64,000 bases of DNA. Source: Lama glama (Eukaryota). Below the pieces are notes generated by a model that was given only the letters and a program-made list of their open reading frames with translations, did not search any database and was not told the origin of the DNA. This document shows, in pieces, positions 1-11,823 of the stretch. Position 1 is the first letter of the stretch, and each line of letters begins with the position of its first letter. Both the position numbers and the translations under genes were made by a program. The stretch is taken from contig CM052816.1 of NCBI GenBank assembly GCA_028534125.1, positions 28,398,001 through 28,462,000 on the forward strand, read 5' to 3'.

Positions 1-105
1 TAAGGATGTCAGAGCAAAGAACTGGAAGAAGCCTGGATCCCTGATGATTTTAGGGAGTTGCCATGTCAGTTCTGAACAGCCTCCTATTTGTTAATGTGAG
101 TTTTC
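1..105 (+). mobile_element. Old MaLR LTR fragment (MLT1-like), truncated by window edge
   Basis: ggatgtcagagcaaagaactggaagaagcctggatccctgatga resembles the MLT1J/K core; similar text occurs in the MLT1 copy near 24.6 kb. Confidence 0.5.
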
Positions 106-729
106 TGACACATACATACAGGCAAACCTAGTTTTACATGAACTGGTTCCAACATATTTTTAAATGTTTGCTGTTAGTCTATCTGAAGTTGCTGAAGTCT
201 TTATGAATTCACAGATGCTCCTTGAAGCATTTTTTTTACATCTTCATTGAGAAGTATATTATATATAAACAAAAAACGTTCCCAGAGCCATTCTTAATTT
301 TTAATTCTGCTTTCTTTGAGATTCATTTTGACCCTCTTTTTCTTATGTTTTGCATTCAGACATATGTTAACCTATCATTTTATTGTGTAACTGTCTGCAT
401 TACTTTGTTTGGGTGCAGAAGTAAATCCTCTGTGGGGCCAGGAAGGAGTGGGGTCAGTCTGATCCTAGCCTTTTCAAGAATTAAATTCACATTTGTTATA
501 GGTGTTTTCAGGTGTTCTGACATCTTGTTTTCTTTCCTTTTTTTCTTTTTTTTTTTTAACTGCTTTGTATATGATTTTGCCCCATTACCAACTAGTTACC
601 TTTCAGATCTCAGCCCAAAGCTTACTTCCTTCAGAGTTTGGTCCACTGGACATATGGTCCGGGCATACCATATACCTCTCTACGTAAAACTTCATATAGT
701 TGTAATTTTTTGTTAACTAGTGAAATTAC

Positions 730-856
730 ACGATTAATGTATTTCTCTCTAACTAGGTTTTCAACTCTATCAAAACAGGACCTGTGTCTTTTCTCCCAAA
801 CTGTTTCTTCCTAGCACCCAGCACAGTCCATGTTTCAGACTGGCCAGTAAATAAAG
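730..856 (+). mobile_element. LINE-2 3' end relic
   Basis: ctctaactagg...caggacctgtgtctt...cctagcacccagcacagt...taaataaa follows the L2 3' terminal consensus. Confidence 0.55.
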
Positions 857-2179
857 AGAATTATCTTACGTAGGTACACCTGATAATTATGTGAATTGGG
901 GCCAGTAAGGAGAGATGCGGAGTTGCATATAAATATAACACACCTGTACTCTAAAAGTAGTGGTCAGGAAGATTTCCTACATTGGCGTTCTCACTTCTCA
1001 AAATCTGCATAAGTAGGACTTCTTAGTGGGAACTGAGGATTGTTCAATAGATTCTATGAAAACTAATATTGAATTCTAAGTGCAAGTTTCAAGTGTGAAG
1101 AAGATGAAAGATTCAGTGATTGACAACTGAAATAACTTAGAAAGTAAATATAAAGTTGAAAAGTATAAATAAACTAAATCCAAGGAAAATTTAGACTTCA
1201 TTTTCCGCTCTGTGTCCCATCTTCCCTAGTCTAGCTCCAATTCCCTTTATAAATTACTACCAGAGTTATCCTGCTGATAATGCCACATCTTTGCAAAATC
1301 TTTTAGGGGCTCTCCATAGACGACAGCATATACAGCACTGCTTATCACTGCGTATACCCATAAAATGAAAACTATTTTTTTTATCATTTATTGTTGATGG
1401 ATTTTGTTATTTAGGGAACAGCTGACTTCCCTATTTACAATTTTAAGTAAGTCACAGCTTGAAGCAATCAGCATGGATTTTTAAAAGAATTTAAATGAGT
1501 CCAGGTTTCCATACTTCAATACCTAACATCCCACAGGAACTGACAACTTGATTCCTAGCTGGATTATTTTTGTATACAGTGTCTTAATTTTCAGGGGTTG
1601 AAATCATGTGTGACAAACTAATTTTTTTAATTATGTTATAGGATACCCTAAGTACTACCAAGAGAGATTGCGAAGAGTAAATCAATTTAAGTGTGAAGAA
1701 CAATAATAACAGGAATTTGGTTTCGGATCATACTTTGGAAACAAACCTAAAGACCGATTCTTTTCGTTGTTAAACATAATCTGTTTGTGACTGTGGGGGG
1801 TTCCAGTACAAGACAGTGACGTTAAGAAGATTCTAGACTCAGCTCCTTCCACAAACACGCTGAATCTGTAACCACATACTCAACAACTTTCTCTGAAGAA
1901 AACCTAAAACCTGAGCAACTCGTTTGCACCAGGCTAATGAGAGAAAGCCGGCAAAGAAGCCTGAGAGAAGTTGGGACGCAATCTAAACGTAAACCCCACC
2001 TTCCGTACAGGGACCCACAGTCTGGAGGAAAACTCAACCATGAGCTTCTCCCTGGGGAGCAAACAATTTGAACCCCCACCTCAGGCACTCCAACTTTTAA
2101 GACCTGCACCTGAGAAACGAGGCCCCAAGACATCTTCCTTTGAAAACCAACGTCCAGGAGACCCACAAGACTAACACAC

Positions 2180-2320
2180 AGAGGAAGCACATGCCCGGCG
2201 GGCACAAGTCCTGGTTTCGGTCCCCAGTACCACCATTAAATAAACAAATCAATAAAACTAGTTACTCCCCCTCAAAATATAAACAAAAATTCGCTTTAAA
2301 GTTTTTAAAAAACAAACGAA
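2180..2320 (+). mobile_element. 5'-truncated Vic-1/CHR-type tRNA-derived SINE inserted in the L1 5'UTR
   Basis: gcacatgcccggcgggcacaagtcctggtttcggtccccagtaccaccattaaa..aataaaactagttactccccc aligns with the SINE at 60087-60293 and is followed by an A-rich tail. Confidence 0.7.
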
Positions 2321-2429
2321 GACCGATTCTTACAGGCTTCAGTTTTACTGACTCACCTGTCCCAGGGCTCAGCGCAGAGGCAGCCGACTCAGGAACTCCC
2401 AGACTCTTAAGTGAATGAGGCTCATTTTC

Positions 2430-2620
2430 TCACCTTAAATTATCCGCCTGAGGAGACATCCCCAGGGGCCTGCTGGCGGGTGGGCACCGCGGCCACTCGG
2501 GCGCCGCCTCCTTCTTCCCAGCAGGCGCCATCTTCCCGGCCAGGTTTTTAACGCGAGGAATTGTTTCCTCCCCCAGCTGGAGCCACTTATATGCTCCGCC
2601 CCTGCCCCTGCCCGCGGGCA
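2430..2620 (-). promoter_or_regulatory. Candidate antisense core promoter/first exon in CpG-rich core
   Basis: Minus strand reads GGGGCGGAG (GC box, 2594-2602), CATATAAG (TATA-like, 2586-2593), AAGATGGCG (YY1-like, 2526-2534), then donor AAG|GTGAGA at 2434/2433. Confidence 0.4.
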
Positions 2621-3467
2621 GACGCTTTTTTTTTTTTTTTTTTAACGATAAGCTTTTCTTTTTCTTTTTTTCCTCCCTTGTGGAAGCCGTCTACACACTC
2701 TCCCTCTGCCTGACTCCAGAGCACCAGACTCTCTCAGAGGAGAGCGTTTACACACGTCCAGTGCCCCTGTGCCCCGGTTGGGGGGGGGGGGGAGGGCTGC
2801 CGCCCACGGGCGCTTCTTGTTTGCCAGGCTCTAGAGGCTAGGGGACTTGTGAGCCTGGGCCCAAGAGACAGTAACAACCAGAGAGAAAATTCTAGATGGG
2901 TTACCACCCCCAGGGGCACTGCACAAATACGGGACTGAAACACATCCACAGGCTTTCAGAGAAAGAGGCCTCCTTACCTGACCTGGCGCTCCCGGCTTGA
3001 GGGGCACGCTTCTGGTCCGCACACCACTGTGGAGGCAGGTGTCGGCAGCCTGCACTCACCTTCCGCCTGGCCCCAACTCACTGGTACGTTCCGGAAAGCG
3101 GCTTACATCCCTGTCTGGTGACCCAATTTGGGGAGGCTGCCGCCAGGAGACACGTCTACATTGCCTGGCTCTGGTGGCAAGTGGGGCTCGTGCTTGTGGT
3201 CCCAGGGAACTGTGGGAGAAAGAATTCTTAAAGGACCACCCACCCCCAGGGCACAGCAAGAGGCAACAGAGCCAGGAGCTCAGTCTTTCTATGAAATGAA
3301 CCTGTTAGCTTACCATCAGAGCTGCAGCCTGAGGGTCAGGCTTCTAATTAAAACACTTAAGGGCTGAGCATAATTCTTTCCAAAGACCTCAGAGGGCTGG
3401 AATCCTGCTTCACCACCCACTCCCCTCCCTCGTCTCCCTGACCAAACTCCAGAGCATAACAAACACT

Positions 3468-3697
3468 ACTGTAACTATAGTTAATCATACTATACTGCAT
3501 ATTTGAAAGCAGGTAGGAGAATTGATCTTGAAAGTTCTCATCACAAGAAAAAAATGTGTAACTAAATATGGGGACAGATGCTAACTGGACTTACTGTGGT
3601 AATTGATTTGCAATAAATGCAAATATCGAATCATTACGTTGTACACCTGAAGCTAATATAACGTTATGTCAGTTATACCTTAGTTTAAAGAAAAAAA
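3468..3697 (+). mobile_element. LINE-1 3' end (L1MA9-like)
   Basis: actatagttaat..atttgaaag..gatcttgaaagttctcatcacaagaaaaaa..gaatcattacgttgtacacctgaagctaatataacgttatgtcagttatacct followed by an A tail. Confidence 0.8.
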
Positions 3698-3958
3698 TGT
3701 ACTTGAGCTGCGAACTGTTTCATCATAAATACTCATACTGACTGCAGCTGATGAGCCACAATTAAGGTTGAACACTGTAGGCATTCAATAAGCCCCTGTT
3801 GACTGAAAATTCTGTTTTTGCTCCAGTATGACTGCTGAGTCATTTTACGCGAGCAGGCAGATAGCTACGTATGAGGAGAGAAAGAGGGACTCAGGCCAAA
3901 TGGCAGAAATTGGGCAAAAAGGAGACGCATGGGACAAATGCAGGATTTACATACATCA

Positions 3959-4483
3959 TGTAAGCAACTGGGTCCCTGGGTAGACAGAGAAACGCAGGAA
4001 CCTCTATAGTGATAAGCAATCACGTATTTTGAGGTGACAAGTGTCCTGGAGGCCGACAAAGAAAGGTGGGACAAGGCAGGAGTCTCTAGTGTCTGAATAT
4101 AACCTTTTGCTCATTATGCCCTCATTACAATAAAATTAGCCTCGCAGATTAGAAGTACCCATCAGGCACCAATGCCATGACACTTCTAATCCAGGCTAAA
4201 TAAGGACAAAAATGACTCCCCCTCAGGAAGGTGTAGATGGGATGAAAATCAGGGAATAAGATCCCAAACCCTTTCCTCCCCAATGAATATTCCACCCATT
4301 CATTTTTACACTCTATGTAAACAACTTGCCAAAAAACTCAGCACAGCTGCTCACCTGAGCCTGCCCACTCTCCCCTTGAGAGAGAACTATCCCCTAATAA
4401 ATCCCCACTTTACTTTCTTCACCTCTGCATCTTGTCTCTGAATTTTTTTCTGTGATGAGACAGGAACTTAATCAGCGTTAACA
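3959..4483 (+). mobile_element. ERV1-class solo LTR (MER41-related)
   Basis: TG...CA termini, AATAAA near 4395 followed by a U5-like ctttactttc..tctgaattt block, and a ctcatta..attagc..gccatgaca block shared with the LTR at 21575. No clean TSD. Confidence 0.65.
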
Positions 4484-6329
4484 ATTTTTATATAGACTGA
4501 TGGAAGTTCTCAGCAAAACTGTGCTTGTAACTGAGGACTCATTAGGAGTGACGAATGGCCTAAAAGAAAAAAAAAATCTAATTTTTACCTTCTAGAGCAG
4601 ATTTCTAGGAAGAGAAATGAGAGGAAACCCTTATTGATACAATACCCAAATTTTCTGTTTTCCAGCAATGTCCCCAATATATTAAAACTAACTCTAGATA
4701 GTTTGTATAACTAGAATATTAAAATAAGCCTTGACAAGAAAGTTCTGGTGAAGTCATTTCTTCTTCAGAGTTCAGAGAATAGAAAGCACAATTTTATACC
4801 ACAAAAATATTTGAAATTTCAGTCTTCCATTAGTTCTGAACTGTTATGACAAAAGCTTGCCAATGACCAAAGAAATCTTATGTTCCAGGTAACAAAAACC
4901 AAACTGAATAAGCAACTACAAATAATACAAACAACACATTTATTTAGAAAAATAAACTGAAAATGCTGTTTGGTACATTTTCCCATGAAGCATAGATAAA
5001 TGGCTATAAAAAACTCTTAAATGTCAAATACAAATTACAAATGATTTTCTTAATTAAGAGAACAAATAGATGTTCAACACAGATGTTTAGTGTACAGTTA
5101 ACTGTATTTGTAACTTCTTGGCTGTTAATGATATAAAATGATCTTCACTAAAAAAAACTTTTGATCCCTTTTTCATTCATTTGACCACACTGATGCTTTT
5201 TTCATTGTTATTCTATAGTTGTTCTGTAATCTGAGATGAGTCCACTTTTTTATGAGATAACTGATTTTTTCTTTTAATAGAAGACAGAGAAATCAATGTC
5301 TGCAGAATTCTTAAATCTTTCCTTTTTGGACTCCTACATGAAACTGTTGTGGTCTCAAAACTCCAGGGACCCTCTGTGCAAATAACAGCACACATCATTA
5401 CCCTGAATGGAAGTGACAGTGCAAATAGTAGAAGAGCACTGAGAAGTAATCAGTAAGAACTGACCTCCCTCTCTCTCAACCAATATGGGGTGAAGGATTG
5501 AATGCAGAAACTTTCAAGCAATTGAAAACACTGCTCTTATTCCCTTATGGCTTTGAGGTCATACACAAAATGGCAAACATTCTCTCTCTCTGCAAACCGC
5601 AACATTCTGTCCTAATACTGTTCATTGCTGCAGTGTTCCTCTGTTCAGTTTTGTTTTTGTTTTTGTTTTGTCTACGTATTTTGAAATGCTGAGTAGTTCT
5701 AGCTATAGAGACCTTCTGTTTCTATACTCACCTTCCCAAATGATAAATCAATTTATAATTCACTAGCTGAATTACTGAATATAAATTTTCTTGGGTTCAC
5801 AACTAGGAATGTTTATTTCCATGGTAAAATAAGCTGGGGTTTTGTTAGTTTTATTTTTTGGTTGTTTTTTGTTTGTTTTTTGTTTGTTTTGTAGGCTTGC
5901 TTGCTCAGTCCTTTACATTTATTTATTTATTTTAATCTTCTTTGTAATTTCTGAGTGAAGAGATTTAAGGCTGTGGCTTTTTTTTGCCCCCAGGGCTCTT
6001 CTCATGGCTGTCAAACTAGAGGCAGATGATTTTATGCAGACTGTATCAGTGATCATTTGTGCTCCAGAGTTGAGGGGCTTGCTGCTCCAAGATGGACAGG
6101 TTCCTGGCTACTGCAAAATTAGATCTGGCCTCAAGAAGTCATAATGATGAATTTGAAGTGAGAAAAATGAACTGACATGCCTCCAAATAAAGGTATTCCT
6201 TCCAACCTGAAGGAGCTGAAAGAAAAAAGAAAACAAAAGACAAAAGATTGCTTTAAATAGTAAGTATAGGTTAACAAAAACACAAAAATTATTAAGAAGG
6301 AAGAAATCATTTGTTAATAGTATGCATAA

Positions 6330-7148
6330 TTAATTAATATTATTAAAATGATCATACTACCCAAAGCAATCTGCATATTTAATGTGATCCCTGTCAAATT
6401 ACTCAGGACATTTTTCCACAGAATTAGAACAAATAATCCTAAAATTTATATGGAATCACAAAAGACTCAGAATTGCCAAAAAAAACACTGAAGAAAAGGA
6501 ATGAAGCTGGAGGAATAATCTTCCCAGACTTCAGACAATACAACATAGAGCTACAGTAATCAAAACAGCATGGTGTTGGCACAGAAACAGACATATGGAC
6601 CAATGGAACAGAATAGGGAGCTCAAAAGTAAACCCACATACCTATCAATTAATCTTTGACAAAGGAGATAAGAATATACAATGGAGTAAAGACAGCCTCT
6701 TTGGCAAATGGTGTTGGAAAGCTGGCCACCCACAGGTAAATTAACGAAGTTAGAACACTCCTTCACACCATACACAAAAATAAACTCAAAATGGCTTAAA
6801 GGCTTAAACATAAGACAAAACACTATAAACCTAGAAGAAAATATAGGCAAAACATTCTCTAACATAAATCTTAACAATGTTCTCCTAGGGCAGTCTACCC
6901 AGGTAATAGAAATAAAAGCAAAAATAAACAAATGAGACCTAACTACACTTAGAAGCTTTTACACAGCAAAGGAAACTCTAAACAAAATGAAAAGACAACC
7001 TATGGAAGGGGAGAAAATATTTGCAAATGATGAGACTGACAAGGGCTTGATTTCCAAATTATACAAACAGCTCATACAACTCAATAACAAAACAACAAAG
7101 AGCCCAATACAAAAATAAGCAGAAGACCTAAACAAACATTTCTCTAAT
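6330..7148 (+). mobile_element. LINE-1 ORF2 internal fragment (camelid-type), degenerate
   Basis: ORF 6708-6935 gives TPYTKINSKWLKGLNIR..LEENIGKT; the segment is colinear with 51883-52700. Confidence 0.9.
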
Positions 7149-8754
7149 AAAATTCTTTAAATTTATCAAGAATTTTATTTTAAATAAACATATTTTGAAC
7201 ACATATTCCATTTACATTTCCTATATAAAAACAGTATTTGATAATTTATTCATCAAAATTTAGTAGTAGCATGCTTATATTTCAATTAAAAGATCTTTTA
7301 TCTCTGACAGTTTTAAAAACTTCAGATAAATTTCTCCACTTGTGAATGTACCAAGTTCTCAAGATATTTTATAAATTTTTAGACTATAAACTTTTTAATA
7401 TATACCACCTTCAAAAAGAGTTAATCAAGAAAACACATTTATTAGGGTAGAGTCTTCATTTTAAACAGCAAAAAAGTATTGCCAAAACATTTTTCATAAT
7501 GTAATCTTTCATTGCAATTTATATAGTCTAAGTGTATTATCAGATTGCCAAAAATACATCATTTTCTTTGATGCAACAGAGCTATCAAAGAACTAATTTT
7601 CTTTTACTTTATGAATATTTGCAATACTTTTAAATTAGCACCTTAAAATAACTTATATTCATATTTGTAATTAATGAATACTTTTTTTTGAAAACAAAAG
7701 GAACTGAAACCTAGCCATAATTCTCACCCCACCCATTCTACATCAAACAAGCTTAGCACCATGTAATGTGGAATGTGTCTATGGTCTCCTCTTTACATTA
7801 CGTTGTATTGGAGAATGTTCATGTAATGACTTACTAAAATAGATCTAGAAAGTTATTAAAATAAACCTTGTGCTATAATTAATTGATTAGTAAATTATTA
7901 GAAAACTCAGAGACAGAGTAATGGCTTTAAGTGTATTTTTAATCCCTTAAAGTCCATCTGAAAACCATCTGTTTTAACTCTTTTATTTAGGGATTGGTGA
8001 ACCCCAAGGTCACGGTGCTCTCTCCAATACACACAAACATACATACAGACAACAGAGTAAATCATTTAGTAGTCCATTCTATTAGATTAATTAGAATTAC
8101 TTTCCTTTTGTTACCCTCAACTACCAAGACAAAGTCCCTGAACTAAAGAATTTAAATAAACAATCAAAATGCAAAATACCATTCTCTCTCAACTCAAAGA
8201 TTAAAACTAGAATAATCACCAAACACATTTAGTCATTGTGTGGGCTGAGAGTTTACTCTGGCTCATCATTAAAGATGTACTATGAAAGATAAAGAAGTAG
8301 TAGAAGACAAGCTTTCCTCATGTAGTTGATTAAGAAGATGCAAGAACATATCAGTATAGAGGAGTGGAGAAGGCTGGACTGAACTGGCTTAGCCTGTATT
8401 CCATCCATCAGCATTGCTGGTATCTTCCATGTGTGCCATTTTTATATCACCAGAAATATAAGCTTCCTTTATACATGTTTCTCTTTTACTTATGTAAAAG
8501 CAATCAGCACTCAAGCAGTTACTAAGTTATCAGCAACAGTCCGACAATAATTAATCTTTTAGTTTTAGTATTAAAAGTCTGAAAAACATACAAAGGTGAC
8601 TTTCTACAAATATATAGGAACATAAGTCATGTATTTGAGGCAAAGACAATTAAACATACCAATCATATTTTCATAGCCCTGTAATATAGGACTGTTTAGC
8701 AGGCTACATCGTTATTGGTAACAGCTAATTGGAACTGGTAAAGCAAGCTAGCAT

Positions 8755-9290
8755 TTGTTCAAAAATATGTATTCACCATCTGCTGTATACCAGATACTGC
8801 TCTAGGAACCAGGGTTACAAAAGCATAATCTCCTGCCCTCCTGGGAGATTAGTACCCAGGAGACACACAAATACTCAGAGTAAAAGCAGATCTGTGTCAA
8901 AATAAATGTAAGTAGAAAGAATGAGCATGAGAGTAGAAGCCTACAGAAGACAGCATCTGAATAGAGACTTGAGGGATGAGTTGGAGTTTGCAAAAGTAAC
9001 CCATCACTGTTAGTGGTGAAATGTGAGCATTTCAAACCAGGAGAAGAACTGCATGGGTAAAGGTGCAAAACCAGGGGCAAGTATGGTACCTTCAATATTG
9101 TACAGCATAAAACTCAGGGGATAAAATATAGTTGTTACCAGAGAGGCTGGCAGGGGCTAAAGTGTCCTTTATACTATGGAAAAAACTTCAGATTTTTATC
9201 TTAAATGCAATGGGAACTATTAAAGAATTCTGATGAGTAGAGTGGCTGGTTGAAATGTGGAAAGAACAATGGAGGGAAAGAGGGGGTACA
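8755..9290 (-). mobile_element. LINE-2 relic
   Basis: ttcaaaaatatgtattcaccatctgctgtataccagatactgctctagg...gacttgagggatgagttggagttt...ttttatcttaaatgcaatgggaactatt matches reverse-complement L2. Confidence 0.65.
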
Positions 9291-9829
9291 GATGGCAGAC
9301 ATTTAGCAAAGGAATGTCAAAGCCATCAGCTGAAAGCAGTAACTAATAATTCCAGTTGGAGATGTTTCTGAGTGTCAGACTGAAGACAGTAAAATAACAC
9401 ATTCCTTCTTAATGCATTAACAAAGACGTTCATTCATTTCTATTCAAGATAAAAGCAAACATTATTTATGAAGCTTTTTCTGTTCCACCATTTTTTAGGT
9501 ATCTCATGGAAGTGGGATATTTGTCTTTCAGCCCCCAGTGACCAAACGTTAAAACAGAGAATAATCTTCTGACTAGTGGGTGCTTACGTCCACCGACTGG
9601 ATTCTAAGACTGAGCATTATGAAATGCATTTAATAGGTCTTACTGAGTTCTGAAGATGTGTTACAGCTATCTCTTACTGTATGGGGTCAGATAATCATGC
9701 TTCATCTGTTAACCTCAGGCTCAGACATTTTTTCCCACTAAAGAAAAGCCCCCATTAACTTTTTTGTGTATAATTTGCTAATTTAAAAATTTCATGAACT
9801 TTTGTTATTATAGGTTTCAAAATACAAAT

Positions 9830-10075
9830 TTTTTAACATTTTTTATTGATTTATAATCATTTTACAATGTTGTGTCAAATTCCAGTGTAGAGCACAATTT
9901 TTCAGTTATACATGAACATACATACATTGTCACATTTTTTTCTCTGTGAGCTACCATAAGAGCTTGTATATATTTCCCTGTGCTATACAGTATAATCTTG
10001 TTTATCTCTTCTACATTTTGAAATCCCAGTCTATCCCTTCCAACCCCTCGCCCCTTTAGCAACCACAAGTTTGTT
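9830..10075 (-). mobile_element. Short 5'-truncated young LINE-1 (camelid-type 3'UTR)
   Basis: T-rich tail at left, TSD aaaatacaaat at 9819-9829 and 10076-10086, TT/AAAA endonuclease site at ~10088-10095; same 3'UTR type as 51059-51457. Confidence 0.9.
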
Positions 10076-10944
10076 AAAATACAAATATTTTTTAAACCCC
10101 TACATCTCTTTTTTGTATGTTTGCTTCAAATATGGAAACATGTAATACATTTTCACAATCATAAAAGCTAAATAAATTTACTCAGCATTGAAATAATGAA
10201 ATATAAATTATATACACAAAGATCTACTATAACCAACAATGAGTTGGAGCGCTTATGGAAATACTTCCTGACCCATTCTTCAGATCAGTGGGTTAATTGC
10301 TTCATTCTGTTCAAAAAGGCTTTACTTAAAACTAATAAATTTTTTCTTCATTTTTTGGATGGAATAGGTCAAATTTTTCAAGCCTTCAAGGGTCATTCTT
10401 TTCATTTTTGCAAGTTTTCCCAGAGACAAATGTGATAAGCCAAATATGAATGCTACTAGATAATTTTTAGGCTTTGAGTCATTAAAAGTCAAGTTAAATT
10501 AATTTATGTTAAGTAGCATCTTGAGTGACTGAGAGCATTTCTACATAGTAAGGGCAACGTGATTTTAAAATGTAAAATACAGCAAATAATGCTAAGGAAA
10601 AGCTAAAAATATTACAAAAATTTGTTCAAATAGAAGTGTCTCATATTTCTATGTTTACTTGGACCTTGGTGTAATTTTTGTGATTCTCTTTATAATCTGT
10701 ATTTAGTAAGTATAAATATATAAAATTGCACATATGTAAGTATATATTATATATAAGTATACATAATTTAAAATATTTTAAACTGTAGGACAATGTGTTA
10801 TGTGTTACAAAGATATTACATTTTGAGAAGTAGTGACTATGAAGAAATCAAAGCCATTTCAAAGAGTCTGTCTTATTTCCCCCGAACTGTTAAAGTAATA
10901 GCAGCAAGAAGTTTTCACTTAATTTAGTTAAATAAAAATATATG

Positions 10945-11823
10945 GCAGAGGCCCTAAATAGACATCTCTCCAAAGAAGACATCCAGATGGCCAACAAGTA
11001 CACAAAAAGATGCTCAATGTTACTAATTGTTAGAGAAATGCAAATCAAAACTACAATGAGTTATCACCTCACACCAGTCAGAATGGCCATCATTAAAAAG
11101 TCCACTAAAGATAAATACTGGAGAGGGTGTGGAGAACAGGGAACCCTCCTACACTGTTGGTGGGAATGTAAATTAGTGCAGCCACTATGGAGGACAGTAT
11201 CGAGGTTCCTTAAAAAACTAAAAATAAATTTACCACATAATTCGGCAATCCCACTCCTGGGCATATATCCAGAGAAAATATACTTCAAAAAGATACTTGC
11301 ACCCCAATGTTCACAGTAGCATTATTTGTAATAACCAAAACATCCATCAACTGATGACTGGATAAAGAAGATACGGTATACAATGGAATACTACTGAGCC
11401 ATAAATAAGAACAAAATAATGTCATTTGCAGCAACATGAGTGGACCTGGAGAGTGTTATTCTAAGTAAAGTAAGCCAGAAAGAGAAAGAAAAATACTGTA
11501 TGATATCATGATATCTCTTATAGGTGGAACCTAAAAAAAAAAAAAAAAGGACACAAATGAACTTTTCTACAAAACAGAAAGACTCACAGACATAAAGAAC
11601 AAACTTATGGTTACCAGCAGGTAAAGCGGGTGGGAAGGGATAAATCTGAAGTTCAAAATTTGCACCTCTTGGGGAGTGATAGAAATGTTAGCTATCTTGA
11701 TTGTGATGGTGGTTTCATGGGTGTATACACCTATCAAAATTCATCAAATTGTACATCTGAAATGTGTGTGGTTTACTATACAGGAATTATACAACAATAA
11801 AGGTGTTTAGAAATGAAATTTTA
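10945..11823 (+). mobile_element. 5'-truncated LINE-1 (ORF2 C-terminus + 3'UTR) with atypical 3' tail
   Basis: ORF 10942-11319 contains [37 protein letters not shown] aaaaatatatg (10934-10944) / aaaaatgtatg (11824-11834). Confidence 0.9.

Larger units (their letters stand above)
1795..3370 (+). mobile_element. Old LINE-1 5'UTR (L1M-type), no ORF1/ORF2 attached, unusually CpG-rich
   Basis: Start gggggg..caagacagtgacg..aagattctagactcagctccttccacaaacac is homologous to the start of the L1 at 60351 (caagatggcagag..gaggatatgaaactcacctcctcccaggaacac). L1M 5'UTR-like blocks continue to ~3370. Confidence 0.65.

Noticed and set aside
222..716. 164-aa ORF
   Set aside because: Non-ATG start, T-rich composition including a polyT run, no recognisable domain
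2779..2797. Poly-G run as a G-quadruplex
   Set aside because: Homopolymer length is error-prone, and it adds nothing beyond the CpG-rich domain finding
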